This document shows, piece after piece, positions 27,101 through 39,100 of a DNA stretch of 64,000 nt. Source of the DNA: Amoebophrya sp. A120 (Eukaryota > Protista > Dinoflagellata). A program made the translations under genes and the position numbers. The DNA lies in NCBI GenBank assembly GCA_905178155.1, contig CAJINV010000009.1:2767373-2831372 (forward strand). The letters are read 5' to 3'. The number at the start of each line of letters is the position of its first letter. Positions within the stretch are counted from its first letter, which is position 1. The notes beneath the pieces are model-generated. The model was not told the origin of the DNA. It was given only the letters and a program-made list of their open reading frames with translations, and did not search any database.

Positions 27101-30100
27101 GAAATAATTTGTGATGCATGAAATGCGACACCAAAAAGACTGCATTGCAGAGAACGCAATGGAGGCCGACTATTGTGCTTCTACGGGTTCAGAATTGCCC
27201 TGCTGATTAGCATGAGAGAAGGGCACCCCTTTGCCTAACTAGCATGACAGACACGCTTTGAGTGCCCGGGAAATTTGTCATGCGCCGACTATACATGGTG
27301 CTCCAACTGGAGTCGTTTTTTTGCATTACAAATTATTTTCACTTTGAGGATTTCCAACCTGAGGCTTTCATAAGCGAGGCGCTGCGCGTACTCCACAGGG
27401 AACCCGATTTCGTTCTCGAGTCGGTGTTATCAAAAAGAAAATAAATGCCCCCTCTCCATATCCAAACGAAAGCTCTGATGCTGGATTTCCGTACACAAAG
27501 CAGATTTGTCTTGCAGTAGAGGACTGCAGGCACATCCCAAGCCTGGGCTCAGAGGTTTTGACTTAGGCGCCTACCATGTTGACAAATGTCTATGCCATAG
27601 TGCAAGCAGCATCACAAACAGCCTGCAGAGTGTCAATGTGGCGGACTCTCTGGGCTTGTTACCTTCTTGCAAGACAGACAGGGTTTCTATTCTTGTGGTC
27701 ACAAATCTGCATCACAAACTCTCGGACGGATGCGCTTTCAATACGGGAAGGGGGGATTTTTCCTCACCATAAGTGTCGCGCCCTTTCCTCTTTTCTCACC
27801 CGGTCCGCTTTTGCCGCCTTGTCTTGATCCGCGGCGCTTCCTGTTATGAAATGCAAAAATGTCTGGGTCTGGAAGAATGCAAGATTTGTGATGCAGGTTT
27901 TCCATGATCCATGAGGTCTGGAATGCGAGACCCAGCGTGACAGATTCTCTGAGGTCTCTACCATGCCTTTCCTGCATGAGAAACTCCCTCTCAACTTGGT
28001 CAAAAGCGGACAGCTTTTGGTACTCACGCATACACAGATTTTTGCATCGTTCAGATTTAGCATGACAAGTTCTAATCTTCCAGACCCAGACATTTTTGCA
28101 TTTGATACCTGTTATTTTTGGGAGCGGCTCTTGCCCCGGATCCTTCCGGCAGTTTCCCCCCAGTAGGTGTGCGACACTGCGCTTGCCTTCTAGGGGGTTC
28201 TGAGCCTCCTGCACCGCAGTCTGCTCCGTGACTACCAGCAGCTCCACATGCATCAGCTTCAGTATTAAGGAAGAAAGCTCGGTGCCGCGGGTGAGAAACC
28301 CGAGAATCGCACCGACCGAATTCCGCGCCGCGTTGCCACTCGCGTCCAACAGAATCCGTGCATTTTTCCTCCGCCAGTCTCGGTGAAGGTGTGCTACTGC
28401 TTTGTCTTCTATCACTTTTTTGCTCTTCTCCTGGAAGATTTGTTCTATTGTCTTTACGTGTTTTTCTCGCCCGCCGGGGCTTGTAGGCCTCACAGCCATG
28501 GCTTCTTCTAGAAAACTTTCCCTTCTCTGCTCCTTGTCAGCCCTCGTTTTTTTCTGTTCTTTTCGTCGGTTTTGATCTTCCTGCTGCAGTCTGCGCACCT
28601 CTTCGGTACTCACGGAGAGCCGCGTCGCCGCAGCCTCGAGCTTTTTGTCCGTCTTCGTTTTTATCGCGAGAAAAAAGCGTTATAGGGACACATTAGGTCG
28701 TTGCAGGCCAAGCAAGACAGACAAGCTCTGTCTGTCATGCCGGATATGCATAGGCCGCGCCTCGTTTCATAGGTGTTTTGTTTTCCCGTAGGATTTCTGC
28801 ATTACAGGTTTTCTCTCTCATGCAGAGAAATTTGCTTTGCTGAATTCAACACTTCAAATCAATGTGTAACTGTAACACTTTTTTCCTTGGATAGTTTTTA
28901 CCAAGGAGAAAAACTGTGTAAGTGTAACTTTGTAAGTAAGAGCAGCATCACAAATTCGTTTTGCATTGCAGGAAAAACCTGTCATGCGCAGCTAGTACGT
29001 GGAAACACGTATGATAGTAGCCTATGACGCACTTCCAGCATGACAAGCGTAAGGTAACTGTTTTGCATTTTCTGCATCACAGATTTACACTTACACAGTT
29101 TTTTCCTTGGATAGTTTTCCGCTTCGCCTCAATATCCGTGTCATCCCAATCGCCCGCTTCGTCAGCATATCCAGCGCAAAAGTATCGCACTTGTAGTAAT
29201 CGCAATCATGCATTACAAATCTTTTTGGTTTTGCTAAGGTCAATCAGCATTACAAATTCTATTTCTCATGCTGAGGAAATTTGTATATGCAATTCATACT
29301 AGTTGTACGATGCTTTTGCAACTCATACAGCACCGTCGTCGTCCTCGTCCGGAAAAAGTGCCCGGATCTTTTCTGAATCAAGGGCTCCAGGCGACAAGGG
29401 CTTCAGCTCAGTTTATCAATGTGAAAAATTCCCCCTCCCCATGTTGAAACCGAAATTTCTGTTGCTGGACTTGTGTACACAAATCAGCTCTGTCTTGCAG
29501 TGAGGTACTGCAGGCAAAGCCTAGACCTGCGTAGGGGTGTTGTGCTGTAGGTGCTTAGCATAGCAGAGGCCTGCCATGTAGTTGTAGGCGCAACAGCATC
29601 ACAAGTCGCCTGCGTATTAAGTCGGCGGATTCCTTGGGTTTACCTTCTTGCAAGAGAGGCAGGATCTGTGGTCACAAATAAGCATCACAAATTTTCAGAA
29701 ACATACCTTTTCAGTATGGGGAGGGGCGGGGATTTTTCTTCACAATACACTTGGCACGGGCTGGACCACCCGATCGGGCGCGTGGTACTGAAAGCGGTAC
29801 GCGTCCGCGCTTCCGCGGAAGAAGGCCATGGTATGGGGTTCTCAAACGTTACACCTTCAACTGTATACATGATGCGTCATGCAAAATGTTGACCATGAGC
29901 CACTAGACGATCAGGCTGCTTCGCGTGACAAACTCTCGGAGGGCTAAACAGCACTAGAATCCACACCAAATCTGTAATGCAAGACGCGTATGGCTCTCCC
30001 TCTCACCTGTGCTATTCTTGCATTGCAAAGTCATGTAACAGTTGAGAATGTAAGGTTTGAGAACGCCATACATGGCCACAGCCTGCTGCAGGGGCGGATA

Positions 30101-33100
30101 CGTGCTCGCCAGCCACTGGCACAGCTCTTCCAGCGTGAGTTCGTCCTTGTTCCACTTTTCGCGCAAGCCGTCGCCGTGCTGCAGCCGAAGGTTGCACTTA
30201 TCAACTGCAAAAGTGTCTGGGTCTGGAAGAGTCGGGACCTGTGGTCATGCACATTTTGCATGACCCGTGAGGTCACTGAAGATGCAGGTGCTAGCATCAC
30301 AGATTTTTTGAGAGCTTCTTGATGCTAATTACGCATGAGAAATGCCCTCTCCGCGTGCCAAGAACTGACTCACTCGTCTTGCTGCTCATGCAACACAGAT
30401 ATTTTTAGAATCCGCAGACAGCATTACAAGTTCCACTCTTCCAGACCCAGACACTTTTGCAATCCATAGCACTTCGCCGCAAACAAATCGCGCACAGCTT
30501 GGTGAAAGCCCATGTTCTCTGTGACTGCTTCTCCATCGTTGTGCTTATCCTGCATCTTGAGACGACTATCCCAGTTTGTAGAACCTTGATCAGGTGGAAT
30601 TTCCATTCCCCCTGCACGCAGGACTCTGTCATCGGTATGCAATCCATCTGCACCTACAAGCTTCTCGAAACCGCCGGAAGTCCGGGGCCGGAGAAACCCG
30701 GCCAGGTAGGCCGCAGCCTGCCAGGCGGTCCAACCGGACTCGTCCACCAGAGACGGCGCGCGACGCGGTATCAAAATGAAAAAAGCCCCCAGCCCATATC
30801 AAATGGGAGGTCTGTAATGCAGGATCTGCGTACACAAATGCCCGCTGTCTTGCAATACGGCATCGCAGCCAGATCCGCAGCCTAGGGAGGGATGTTTGGG
30901 TCTAGGTGCTTAGCATTGCACGCGGCTGTCCTCTAGGCCCAACAGCATGCCAAATCGCTCCCATAATGGCGCGGAAGCCTCTGCATTTGTTTTCTTGCAA
31001 GAAAGAGGTGCTTTGTGGTCTCAAATCAGCAACACAAATTATCGGAAGCATGCTTTTTCGATATGGGGAGGGGGGATTTTTCCTCTCAATACGCGGCGGC
31101 CCCGTCAGGCTCGCGCGCCACGTGCGGGGCTGCCACATACCCGCCTGTTGGCCGGGGAAGTAGTAGTCCCGGTGCAGACTCTTCCCGCCGCCGTCGTGAC
31201 GCAGGCTCGTTCTGGTGGACCAGGAGCCCCATAGCGGTAACACAAGGCCCGTGTCATAGGGGAAGACCGGCGGAACTTCCGTGGGGAAGGGAACCTCGAA
31301 GAACATCTTCTCGTCCCTTGTTGAGTCGTCGTTATCAAGTGTAAAAATGTCTGGGTCTGGAAGAGTCATGCTGTTTTTGCATGACACAGAAGGTCTGGCA
31401 TGGAAGCTCTAGCATCACAGGTCTCGAGAAGCGTTCGCAATGCCGAATCCGCATGACAAACCCCTGACTTTGGTGACAGAAAGTGGGCAACTTTTGCTGC
31501 CTATGCATGAGAGATTTAGATTTTTCTGTGTTCTGAAATGCGCATCACAAGTTGCATTCTTCCAGACCCAGACATTTTTACATTTGATAGTCGTGGGGGT
31601 GGCACCACTGCGTGACCACGTCCCGGCGCGCGGCCGCCACTTTATCAAATGCAAAAGTGTCTGGGTCTGGAAGAGTGGAACTTGTAATGCTGTCTGCGGA
31701 TTCTAAAAATATCTGTGTTGCATGAGCAGTAAGTGTAAGAGGAGTGAGCTCGTGGCACGCGGAGAGGGCATTTGTCATGCGTAAGCATCACAAGCTCTCA
31801 AAAAATCTGTGATGCTAGCACCAGCATCACAGACCTGATGGGTCATGCAAAATGTGCATGACAAGCCCCGACTCTTCGTCCAGACCCAGACATTTTTGCA
31901 TTTGATACACCTCGCCAATCTCTAGGTCGTGCAGTATGGCGCTCTCAACTGTTACAGTCTCAGCTGTTACATGAATTTGTGATGCAAGAATGGCAAAAGT
32001 CAAAGGGGTGACCTTGCGCGTCTAGCATGACAGATTTGGCACAGATTCTCAACCTGTTTGGCTCTTCGAGAATTTGTCATGCGAAGCAGCTTGATCGTAT
32101 CAATTCTAATAGTGATTTTGCATGGCAAATCATGTAACAGTTGAGAATGTAACGTTTGAGAACGCCATATGCAGGTCCCAGGGATTCTCCCAAGGCAGTC
32201 CCCGGCCCCCGGGCGGGTGCACGGCGTTTATTAGCACCAACCTTTTGCGGAGGCCCCCACCGTACTCGTTTGCATCACCAGCGTATCCAGAGAAACACGC
32301 GTTATACAGTTAAGTACACATTGCGTTGCAAGCCCAGTATGACAGACAACTTCTGTCATGCGAGAAATGCTTCCGAGCTTTATTTCATCTGTGTTTTGCC
32401 TTGTGGTCTGTGCATTGCAAGTTTTCCCTCTCACGCAGAGAAGATTTGTGTTGCTGAATTGACAACAGATGTGTAACTGTAACACTTTTCTCGTGGGATA
32501 CAGCGGCAGCGGACGCGCTTCCTCCGCCGGGCGGCGTTTTACCAAGACCCCCTTGGATTTTCTCCGACCCGGCCTTGTTGATATCCAGAAAAAAAAACAC
32601 CCATCCCCATCCCATTTGTCATGCAAAACATGCATGAGCTGCAGTGTTTGTCATGCAACAAATGGATGGGGATGGGTGTTCTATTTTTCCTGGATAGTTG
32701 ATGCGGCAAACCTCCACCTCGCCGTCGTGGGAGTTGCCACGCGGCACGCAGTATGCATGGCAAAATGTCTGGGTCTGCAAGATTGATGCCACTTGTCATG
32801 CTAAATCCGAATCATGCAAAAATCTGTGTTGCATGAGCGCCAAAAGCTGTCCACTTTTGACCTAATCGAGAGGCAGTCTCTCATGCAGGATAGGCATGAT
32901 AGAACTCTCACAAAATCTGTCATGCTATATCCTACATACCAGACCTCATGGGTGGTCATGGACGACCTGCATGCATGACAATAAATCTGGCATTCTACTT
33001 CCAGACCCAGACGTTGTTGCACATTTGCTACGCAGCCGGTGTTGGCAAGGTAGGGGTCAAAAAGCATAAGCACGGCGCGCCCGAAAGACTGCTCCGGCTC

Positions 33101-36100
33101 GGCCGCCCCCAGTATGCACTGCAAAAGTATCGCACTCGTATAAATGCATTTACAAATTTCAACAGGATGAATAACATTTGTAATGCTATATCTCCCTTGA
33201 GAAAAAGGTTTGTAATGCAAGACTTGCATTAGCATTTATACGAGTGCGATACTTTTGCACAGGATACCCAGTCCTGCCGGTTGATTCGTGTATGCATTGC
33301 AAATATGCCTGGGACTGGGTCTGGAAACATGGAACTTGTAGTGCTAGTCCTACATTCCTGTATAGATCTGTATTGCATGACCAACAAAGAAACGCCCTCT
33401 TTTGTCACATAAAAGCGCGGCTTGTCATGCGGATTGCGCATGGCAAGGTCTTCGGCAAACTTGTCATGCTTGGCTGCCTTGGGAAGTATTTCGGTCGTGC
33501 ACAGTTCAGCATCACAAGTTTCCAGACCCAAACATATTTGCATTTGATATCGTGGAAGTGAGAACCAGCAACTGGGTGGACGCGGGAGCGATTTCTTTCC
33601 CTTCCCGCGAAGATGAACTCTGCGCCGTTTGATCCAGTGCCTCCCGCTGGTTCCAATCCAGGGCAGCCAGGACCCCCAACAGCTGCTCGCGTAGTTCCAC
33701 CGGCGCATTGGTCATGTCGAGGACGATTTTTTGGATCCTGCGCGTCACGGCGTCGTCATACCCAAGCGCCACTAATTCCCCCATTTTTTTCTCGGCCTCG
33801 CCCGTGGCTCGTTTGCAGTGTGGGTCGCCCTTATCAAAAGGAGAAATCCCCCCTCCCCATATTGACAGGGTACGTTTTCGAAAATTTGCGTTGCTGATTT
33901 GTGGCCACAAATCGTCTCTGTGTTGCATGAAGGCAACTCCACAGGCTCCGCCGCATTCTACAGGCGGCTTGTCATGCTCATTTTTCTACAGCGTAGACGC
34001 CTGTCATGCCAACCGCCTAGGCTAAAACCTGTCTTCTCCGGCTTGATATGGGCCTGCAGTCCTCGCCAGCAAGACAGATCTGATTTATGTACGCAAATCC
34101 AGCATCAGAAACTTCGTTGTGATATGGGGAGGGGGGATTTTTCATTCTGATACTCCTCGGCAGATGACAAGGCCCCGGCTCCGCCCGGCCGCCGCAGACG
34201 CTTTGCCAGGCGCGCTTCGGTCAGACCCCGACCGAGCACCCGGCAGCAGAAATTATCCCGCGCGCGCGCGTATCCAGTGCAAATATGTCTGGGACTGGAA
34301 ACCTGTGACGCAAGCAAAGGAATAGTAAGCACACGACTGTAATGCGCTGCCACGCATGACAAGCTCTTCGGTGCGTCTGAGTTGCGTACTCTGCATGAGA
34401 GCCTGCACTTTTGCATGACAGACAAGACGAGCTCTTCGCGGCCACGCAACACAGAGCTCAGAGGCGTGCCAGGCTAGCATGACAAGTCTCGCAATCTCCC
34501 AGACCACCCAGACATATTTGCATTTGATAGTCCAGTTACCTCGTCGAGGGGCGTTTGTTCCTCGAGGTACTCTGTACTGTCGCACAGTTTGCCCATGACC
34601 TATCGTGAGGAAAAGTCCCCCCTCCCCATACCAAATGCGGACACTTCTGAAAATTTGTCATGCGGATCTGTGACCACAAATCGTCTCTGTATTGCAAGAA
34701 GGCAAATCAAGAGACTCCGCCGCATTTTGCAGGCGGTTTGTGATGCTGCTGGACCTACAGGGGAGAAGATCTCTGTCATGCTAAGTGAAAGTGCCTACGT
34801 CAGAACAGTCCCTCCCGGGCTTTGTATCTGCCTGCATTCCTCCACTGCAAAACGCCGCTGATTTGTGTACACAAATCCCGCATCACAGATTTCGATTTCG
34901 ATATGGGGAGGGGGGATTTTTCGTTCTGATATGACCTCGCGCATCATTTGTACACCATTCCTGGGTTCGTCATCGAATGCGCGCGGGACAACAAGAAACC
35001 CGAGCAGGTAGAGGGCTGCACTGTCTATCAAGTGTAAAAATGTCTGGGTCTGGAAATTTGTAATGCTAAGAGTGAATGGGAGTTCCACTGCAATACGGAG
35101 CCAAGCATGACAAATTTTTGCGCTCCTATGTGTTGCGTGTTGCGCATGGCAAACTGCGTTTTTGCATGACAGGTACGAGGACAGCTTTGTGTCCATGCAT
35201 CACAGATTCTTGAGCCATATCAGACATGCATGACAAATGTAGCAATCTTCCAGACCCAGACATTTTTACATTTGATACTGTCAGGCCCCCATCCAAACCT
35301 CTCCTCTCCTTTAGCATTCATGCCGGTCGACACAGGTTTCGTCCATTGATGTGGGTCAGTACCTTGTTCCTCGTGGCGTGGCGGCGGGTGTACGCGCGGC
35401 AGGTGGGGCAGGTACTCGTAGCGCCGGGAAGAAGCGCGCGGCTGCGCCAGCGGTTGACCCATTAGCGGCAGGATAGCCGCCATTTGGTTGTCTGGGCAGC
35501 GTGGTAAGTCATCGGGTTTGGGGCACTCCTTCAGAGAGCCCGGCCTGATCGTTACTTGTTGTTCCTCAGGGTTACTACTCAGGACCCCACCTTTCTCGTA
35601 TAGATTCCCCAGGTGTTCCGCTTGCCACGTCGTCCGCCCAGATTTAAATATGAAAGAGCAAGTGTCGCCCCCGTTTTTGCCATCGCGATGTTGCTTTCTC
35701 AAACCAACGTCATCCGTTGCGGGGACGGCAGGACGCATGTGCTTGGGGGAATCGCCGCTGTTTTGCAGTACTGCTACCGTGTTCAAACGCCAAGGCTCCT
35801 GGTTCCCTTGTTCGTCTGAACCCAACAACGCCCCCTGTCCTGGTAAAGACAATCTCGCGACACTGGAAGTAACTACCTGGCCGGTCGACAGCCACTCAAG
35901 AGGACCAGGAGAGGTAGGAGGAGAAGACGCGTCCGTCGACCATGGGCGCCACGGAATCCAGGCGGAACGGCTGGCTTTCCGTTCCTCCAGGTACGACGCT
36001 GATGCCGCGCCGCCCAGTCCATCCGTGGCGGCTTGTCCCTCTCGTCGCGCCGAAGTTGTTGTGGTGAAATTGCTCTTCGTCTCATCTTCTGCGGGCTCCT

Positions 36101-39100
36101 TCATTTTGACGTCAGACGAAGGCGCTCCCGAAGGTGTCTTCGACTCCAGATAGGATGAATCTGAAGACGCGGCTGACGCACGAGCCAGAGCGCTGCCGCC
36201 CCCAGTAGAAGGTGAAGAGCTAGAGCGTCCTGCAGGAGTTGCACCAGCCTCGGCATGATCAAAACCGCCGGGCAGCTGCGCCACCGACGTGGATGTTGAT
36301 GTTGGTGCCATGCTTTGACTCAGTTCATTTGCTCCCGCTGCACTTTGGCTTCCACTTCGTCCGCCTGCCACCGCTGTGCTAGTAGCTCGCGACACATCAA
36401 CATCCGGGGCTGTTTCTCGTCGTCGCAACAGTTCTAGATCTGGGGCTGCAGCTTCTGCTTGGCGGTCGTCTTTAATACTTGGCAGCTCAGTAAAGGAACC
36501 GCGACCGCCCAAGAATTGCCGCAAAAGCCCCGGCGCAGCTTTCTTAGCTGCACTTTCAACGTGTTCGTACTCAAACTCGATGTCATTCTCACCTGCGTAC
36601 TCGAAAGAGTATTTCGGTACTACTACTTCTGTACCGCCGCTGGACTCAGCTGCGGTATGTGGTTTGCAACACCGCTGTTGCTTCCACCGGACGTCGCAAT
36701 CTTCAACGGGATTCACCAGAAAAAGCTATCCAAGAAAAAAACTGTGTTAGTGTAACTTTCTATCGAAGAATGCCATCAGATCACATTCACAAGTTTGCTC
36801 CTCTGCATGACATCAGAGTGAGAGAGCCTGTCGTGCGCGGCTAGTACGGGAAAAAACGTACGAAAAGATGAGCCTCTGACGCAGGTCCAGCACGACAAGT
36901 GTAGTTCTCCTTTGCGTTTTCTATTTCTGCATCTCAGACTATACACTTACGCAGTTTTTTTTCTTGGATAAAAGCCACTGCATGTCTTCTGTGTTCCATT
37001 GGACGTAGGGCAAGAAGTCCCACTGCCCGTTGGTCTTGGTCCACCACTTCCCCTATCCTGTGCATAAGTATCGCACTCTTATTGTTATTGTAGTCATACA
37101 TTACAAATCTTTTTCTTAAAGATAAAGTAAATCCGCAGTTTCTCATGCTGAGGAAATTTGTATATGCATTTATACGAATACGATACTTTTGCACAGGATA
37201 TCCCCGAGAAAATGTGTTCCGCGTAGTTCACCCAGTTGTAGAGGAACGACGTGAACTTCTTCTGGGTAAAAACATCCCCACCCCAGAGTTGTCATGCAAA
37301 TGCGCATGCCAAAAAAGTTTCTCATGCGAAGCCCCACGAGAAGCTTTTTCTGGTCGTGTTTTGGGATTTGTGACGCCAAAAGTAGCACGATGCGCCAGAT
37401 CTGTGATGCTGCTGAACTAGCTAAACAGGATTACAACACTACGAGGACAAGTTTGTCATGTGACATAGCCAAAGTTGGCTGATTTGTCTAGCAGATTCCC
37501 CATCTTGACTCTGGTACGTATGGGGACGCTTTTACACAGGATAGAACTGCAGCCCTGAACCGGAGGAAGCAGCAGAGTCAGCCCCTTTTCCTTTGCCACT
37601 GTTAAAGAGCACATAGAGCCCAAACGGATTGCTCGGGCGGTGGCCGACCAGGCCGCCGCAAGCTGTTGTTCCTTGAACCTCCCGTGAGCCATCAGGTTCG
37701 TACGTTGTTGGGATTGCACCTGGACCTGGCGCCGAATCAGACTGCCCATAAACCGCTGGGGTTGCTCGGAGCTTGCGGAGTGGAGAGGGAGAAGAGACTG
37801 CGTTTTTTTCACGAATAGGCTTACAGTCTCCACCGAGCACATCCGCGACGAACGCGACCGGGTTCTTCGGTTGCTTAGGATCGAGAGCTCCCGTTGGCTA
37901 TCAACTGCAAAAATGTCTGGGCCGGGAAGATCGCCAGGTTTGTCATGCAAATTTTGAATGACCCATGAGGTCTGTGAATGTGATGCATGCCCTAGCATCA
38001 CATATTTTTCGAGGGCTTTGCGATGCCCCTACCGCATGAGAAATGCCCCCTCCGCGTAGCACATCAAGAAACTGGAGTCCTTTTACATACTGGTCACGCA
38101 ATGCAAATTTTTTCGGAATCCGGAGACAGCGTCACAAGTTAAGAACCTTCCAGACCCAGACATATTTGCAATCCATATTGGCGTCGCCACGACGATTTCC
38201 ACGTGAAGGGCATTCAAGTTTTCCGGTGTCAGGTCCCCCGCGGCTTCCAGGACCCTCAGCATTGCTTCGAGCTCCTGCAAGCGACGTCCTTCTGCATCAG
38301 TACGAGAACCCGCAACAATCGACGCGTCGATGACAATTCGTGTATCAAAAGGAAAAACGCCCCCGCCCCATATCTAAACGAGGTTCCTAATGCTGGACTT
38401 GCGTACACAAATCAGGCCTGTGTTGCTGGAGAGGACCACTGCAGCCATATGCTGAGCCTGCGTAGGGACTTTTTGGGGTAGGCGCTGAGCATGTCACGCG
38501 TCTAGTCTGTAGGGCCAACAGCATCACAAACCGCCTGCAGAATGCGGCGCAGCCTGTGGCGTTGCGTTCTTGCAAGACCAGAGGCGATTTGTGATCACAA
38601 ATCAGCATTCCAAATTTTCTAAGGCGTACCTTTTCGATATGGGGAGGGGGGATTTTTCCTTTTGATATCGTGCGTTCCGTCTTCTCCAGTCCACTTCGGG
38701 ATCGCGCTCGTTGTTCGCCACATCACCGTGAGCGGGAGGTGGCGTCAAAAGCTTCCCTCGCCAAACCGCAGGGTATCGGTACGCTGTGTGATCTATGGAT
38801 TGCAAATTAGATGTCTGGGTCCGGAAGATTGGAACTTGTCAATTGCTAAATCTACATCATGCAAATGCAAAAATCTGTGTTGCATGACGAGTGCCAAAAG
38901 CTGTCCACTTTGGACCAAGTTGGGAGGGAGTTTCTCATGCAGCATAGGCATGACAGAGACCATCTCACAGAGGCTGTCATGCTAGGTCCCGCATTCCAGA
39001 CCTCATGGGTCCTGGAAAACCTGCATGACAGGTTTTTTACGCTCTTCCAGACCCAGACATATTTGCAATTGATATGATGCTCGTTGCGGTCCTTTTCCTC

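Noticed and set aside
27421-27776. Stop-codon reassignment (reported for one Amoebophrya lineage) to explain the junction TGA
   Set aside because: Long exons contain no in-frame stops, and the alternative TSD base gives Arg, which is the simpler explanation.
28230-28370. vWA/MIDAS assignment for RILLDASG...VELLVVT
   Set aside because: DxSxS is not conserved across modules, so the resemblance is too weak to call without a profile search.
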